Assembly: GCA_964005815.1 (NCBI GenBank)
Contig: CAXFSR010000035.1
Location: 1 to 16,586 of the forward strand
DNA: 16,586 bases
Source of the DNA: an uncultured Nitrospinaceae bacterium
GTDB taxonomy: Bacteria > UBA8248
Direction of reading: 5' to 3'
The translations under genes and the position numbers were made by a program. Position 1 is the stretch's first letter; the number at the start of each line of letters is the position of its first letter. This document shows positions 15,316-16,586 of the stretch, piece by piece. The notes beneath the pieces are model-generated. The model was not told the DNA's origin. It made no database searches and saw only the letters and a program-made list of their open reading frames with translations.

Positions 15316-15413
15316 AATATCTATTAATTATGGCTAAATGTAAGAAACTTATATATACTCGGTATATCCATTTAATAATTCTCACTTAGTTCTTAACTTC
15401 TAGGGGAGTCTTA

Positions 15414-16586
15414 ATCATTTTTCTTCCGTTAACAAGTTGCAGATCTCTTGTTTTATTCCTTCTTATTCATACCTGTTTCATTTTCACTACTACCTCTACC
15501 GCTAAAAGTGAAAACACATCTTCAAGAAAATTAGTAGAAACTATTAAAACTATCCCAGCAAGTGTGCTTGACGGAAGCAAGTGGAAATTTCTAGTCGATT
15601 GCGATTTTGGAGAAATGTCTTATAGCGGCACATTCCAATATATAGCGAAAGATCAAATTAGTTGGTCCCTTTTTTTTCAACATCCTATTGAAGAATCTAG
15701 GAATAGAAAACTCAAATGGAAAGGCAAATATATTGAAAAAGATCAAAAGCTTTTTTTCAATCGAGGAGGACCTCAACCAGGGAAAATAGTTTTTCAATTT
15801 ATAAACAAGAAAGATGCTACTTATGCAAAGGGATTTTTCCTGAACCACAGCAAATGTAATATTGACGATACAAATGTCAGTCAAATCAGCGAAAAACCAG
15901 AGAATTTTTTGAAAATCGCTCAATCAAATCAAACAAAACTCCTATACGCAAAAATTATCAAAGAAAAAGAAAACCTGAAAAAACTTAGAGCATCACTCAC
16001 TAAAAAAGAACAAAACTTAAAAAATCAATTCAGCAAACTATCAAAAAAAGAGAGTGAACTCACTAAAAAAGAACAAAACTTAAAAAATCAACTCAGCAAA
16101 CTATCAAATAAAGAGAGTGAACTTTCTAAAAAAGAAAAAAACTTAAAAAATCAACTCAGCAAACTATCAAATAAAGAGAGTGAACTTTCTAAAAAAGAAA
16201 AAAACTTACAAAAAAAATCGACTTTTTTATCTCAAAAAGAAGAAAAACAGATTGGAAACGAGGCAAAGTTAAAAAAACAGATGATTGCTCTGAAAACAAA
16301 TCAGAAAAAACAAAGAACACGAGAGAAAAAACAAAAACTAAAATTACAGTTGGAAACAAAAGAATTACAGAAACAAAAAACGAATTACTTAAAACTTCAA
16401 AAAGAAATCGAGACAAAAAATAAACTCGAACGAAAGAAAATACTGCTCGCATTAAAAACCCAAAAAGAAATCGAGACAAAAAATAAACTCGAACGAAAGA
16501 AAATACTGCTCGCTTTAAAAACCCAAAAAGAAATCGAGACAAAAAATAAACTCGAACGAAAGAAAATATTGCTCGCTTTAAAAACA
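15414..16586 (+). CDS. Hypothetical secreted protein with Lys/Glu-rich coiled-coil repeats (3'-truncated by the window edge; start uncertain)
   Basis: Absent from the ORF track because it has no stop. The frame is open from 15390 to the end. Signal-peptide-like IFLPLTSCRSLVLFLLIHTCFIFTTTSTA, then a globular-looking region (..LDGSKWKFLVDCDFGEMSYSGTFQY..), then heptad repeats. SD AGGGGAG at 15402-15408. Confidence 0.75.
   Translation, partial: MIFLPLTSCRSLVLFLLIHTCFIFTTTSTAKSENTSSRKLVETIKTIPASVLDGSKWKFLVDCDFGEMSYSGTFQYIAKDQISWSLFFQHPIEESRNRKLKWKGKYIEKDQKLFFNRGGPQPGKIVFQFINKKDATYAKGFFLNHSKCNIDDTNVSQISEKPENFLKIAQSNQTKLLYAKIIKEKENLKKLRASLTKKEQNLKNQFSKLSKKESELTKKEQNLKNQLSKLSNKESELSKKEKNLKNQLSKLSNKESELSKKEKNLQKKSTFLSQKEEKQIGNEAKLKKQMIALKTNQKKQRTREKKQKLKLQLETKELQKQKTNYLKLQKEIETKNKLERKKILLALKTQKEIETKNKLERKKILLALKTQKEIETKNKLERKKILLALKT
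15996..16208 (+). repeat. 63-bp coding tandem repeat, about 3.4 copies (LTKKEQNLKNQ(F/L)SKLS(K/N)KESE)
   Basis: Units start at 15996, 16059, 16122 and 16185 (partial); near-identical at DNA level. Confidence 0.95.
16398..16586 (+). repeat. Second 63-bp coding tandem repeat, at least 3 copies (QKEIETKNKLERKKILLALKT)
   Basis: Units start at 16398, 16461 and 16524; differences are synonymous only; the window ends at the end of unit 3. Confidence 0.95.

Noticed and set aside
15591..16542. Minus-strand ORFs 15591-15923 and 16189-16542 (Phe-rich, repetitive)
   Set aside because: Antisense shadows of the Lys-rich + strand coiled-coil gene.
15996..16586. CRISPR array
   Set aside because: The repeats are contiguous in-frame 63-bp units without unique spacers, and there are no cas genes.

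Overview
AT-rich bacterial window rich in transport and small-molecule genes, with no mobile element, CRISPR array, rRNA or tRNA recognisable. Minus strand, read right to left: an atypical metallophosphoesterase, an ArsM-like SAM methyltransferase lacking both catalytic cysteines, a carbohydrate (CUT1) ABC transporter (binding protein, two permeases, ATPase), a Gfo/Idh/MocA oxidoreductase, a divergent threonine-synthase-like PLP enzyme, an Fe3+/thiamine-class binding protein with a Lys9 C-terminal tail, and the start of its permease. Plus strand, divergently transcribed: myo-inositol-1-phosphate synthase (ino1), a ~580-bp intergenic region containing candidate structured RNAs, a PhnDCEE-type ABC transporter (binding protein resembles the 'putative selenate' clade), and a truncated, probably secreted coiled-coil protein with two different 63-bp tandem repeat arrays and no canonical start codon before its signal peptide. 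The best leads are the G-U-rich structured RNA candidates on either side of ino1, which share a GGGTTAA/TTAACCC motif, and a possible cyclitol-modification locus built from enzymes with altered active sites. All family assignments come from motifs read by eye, without database searches.
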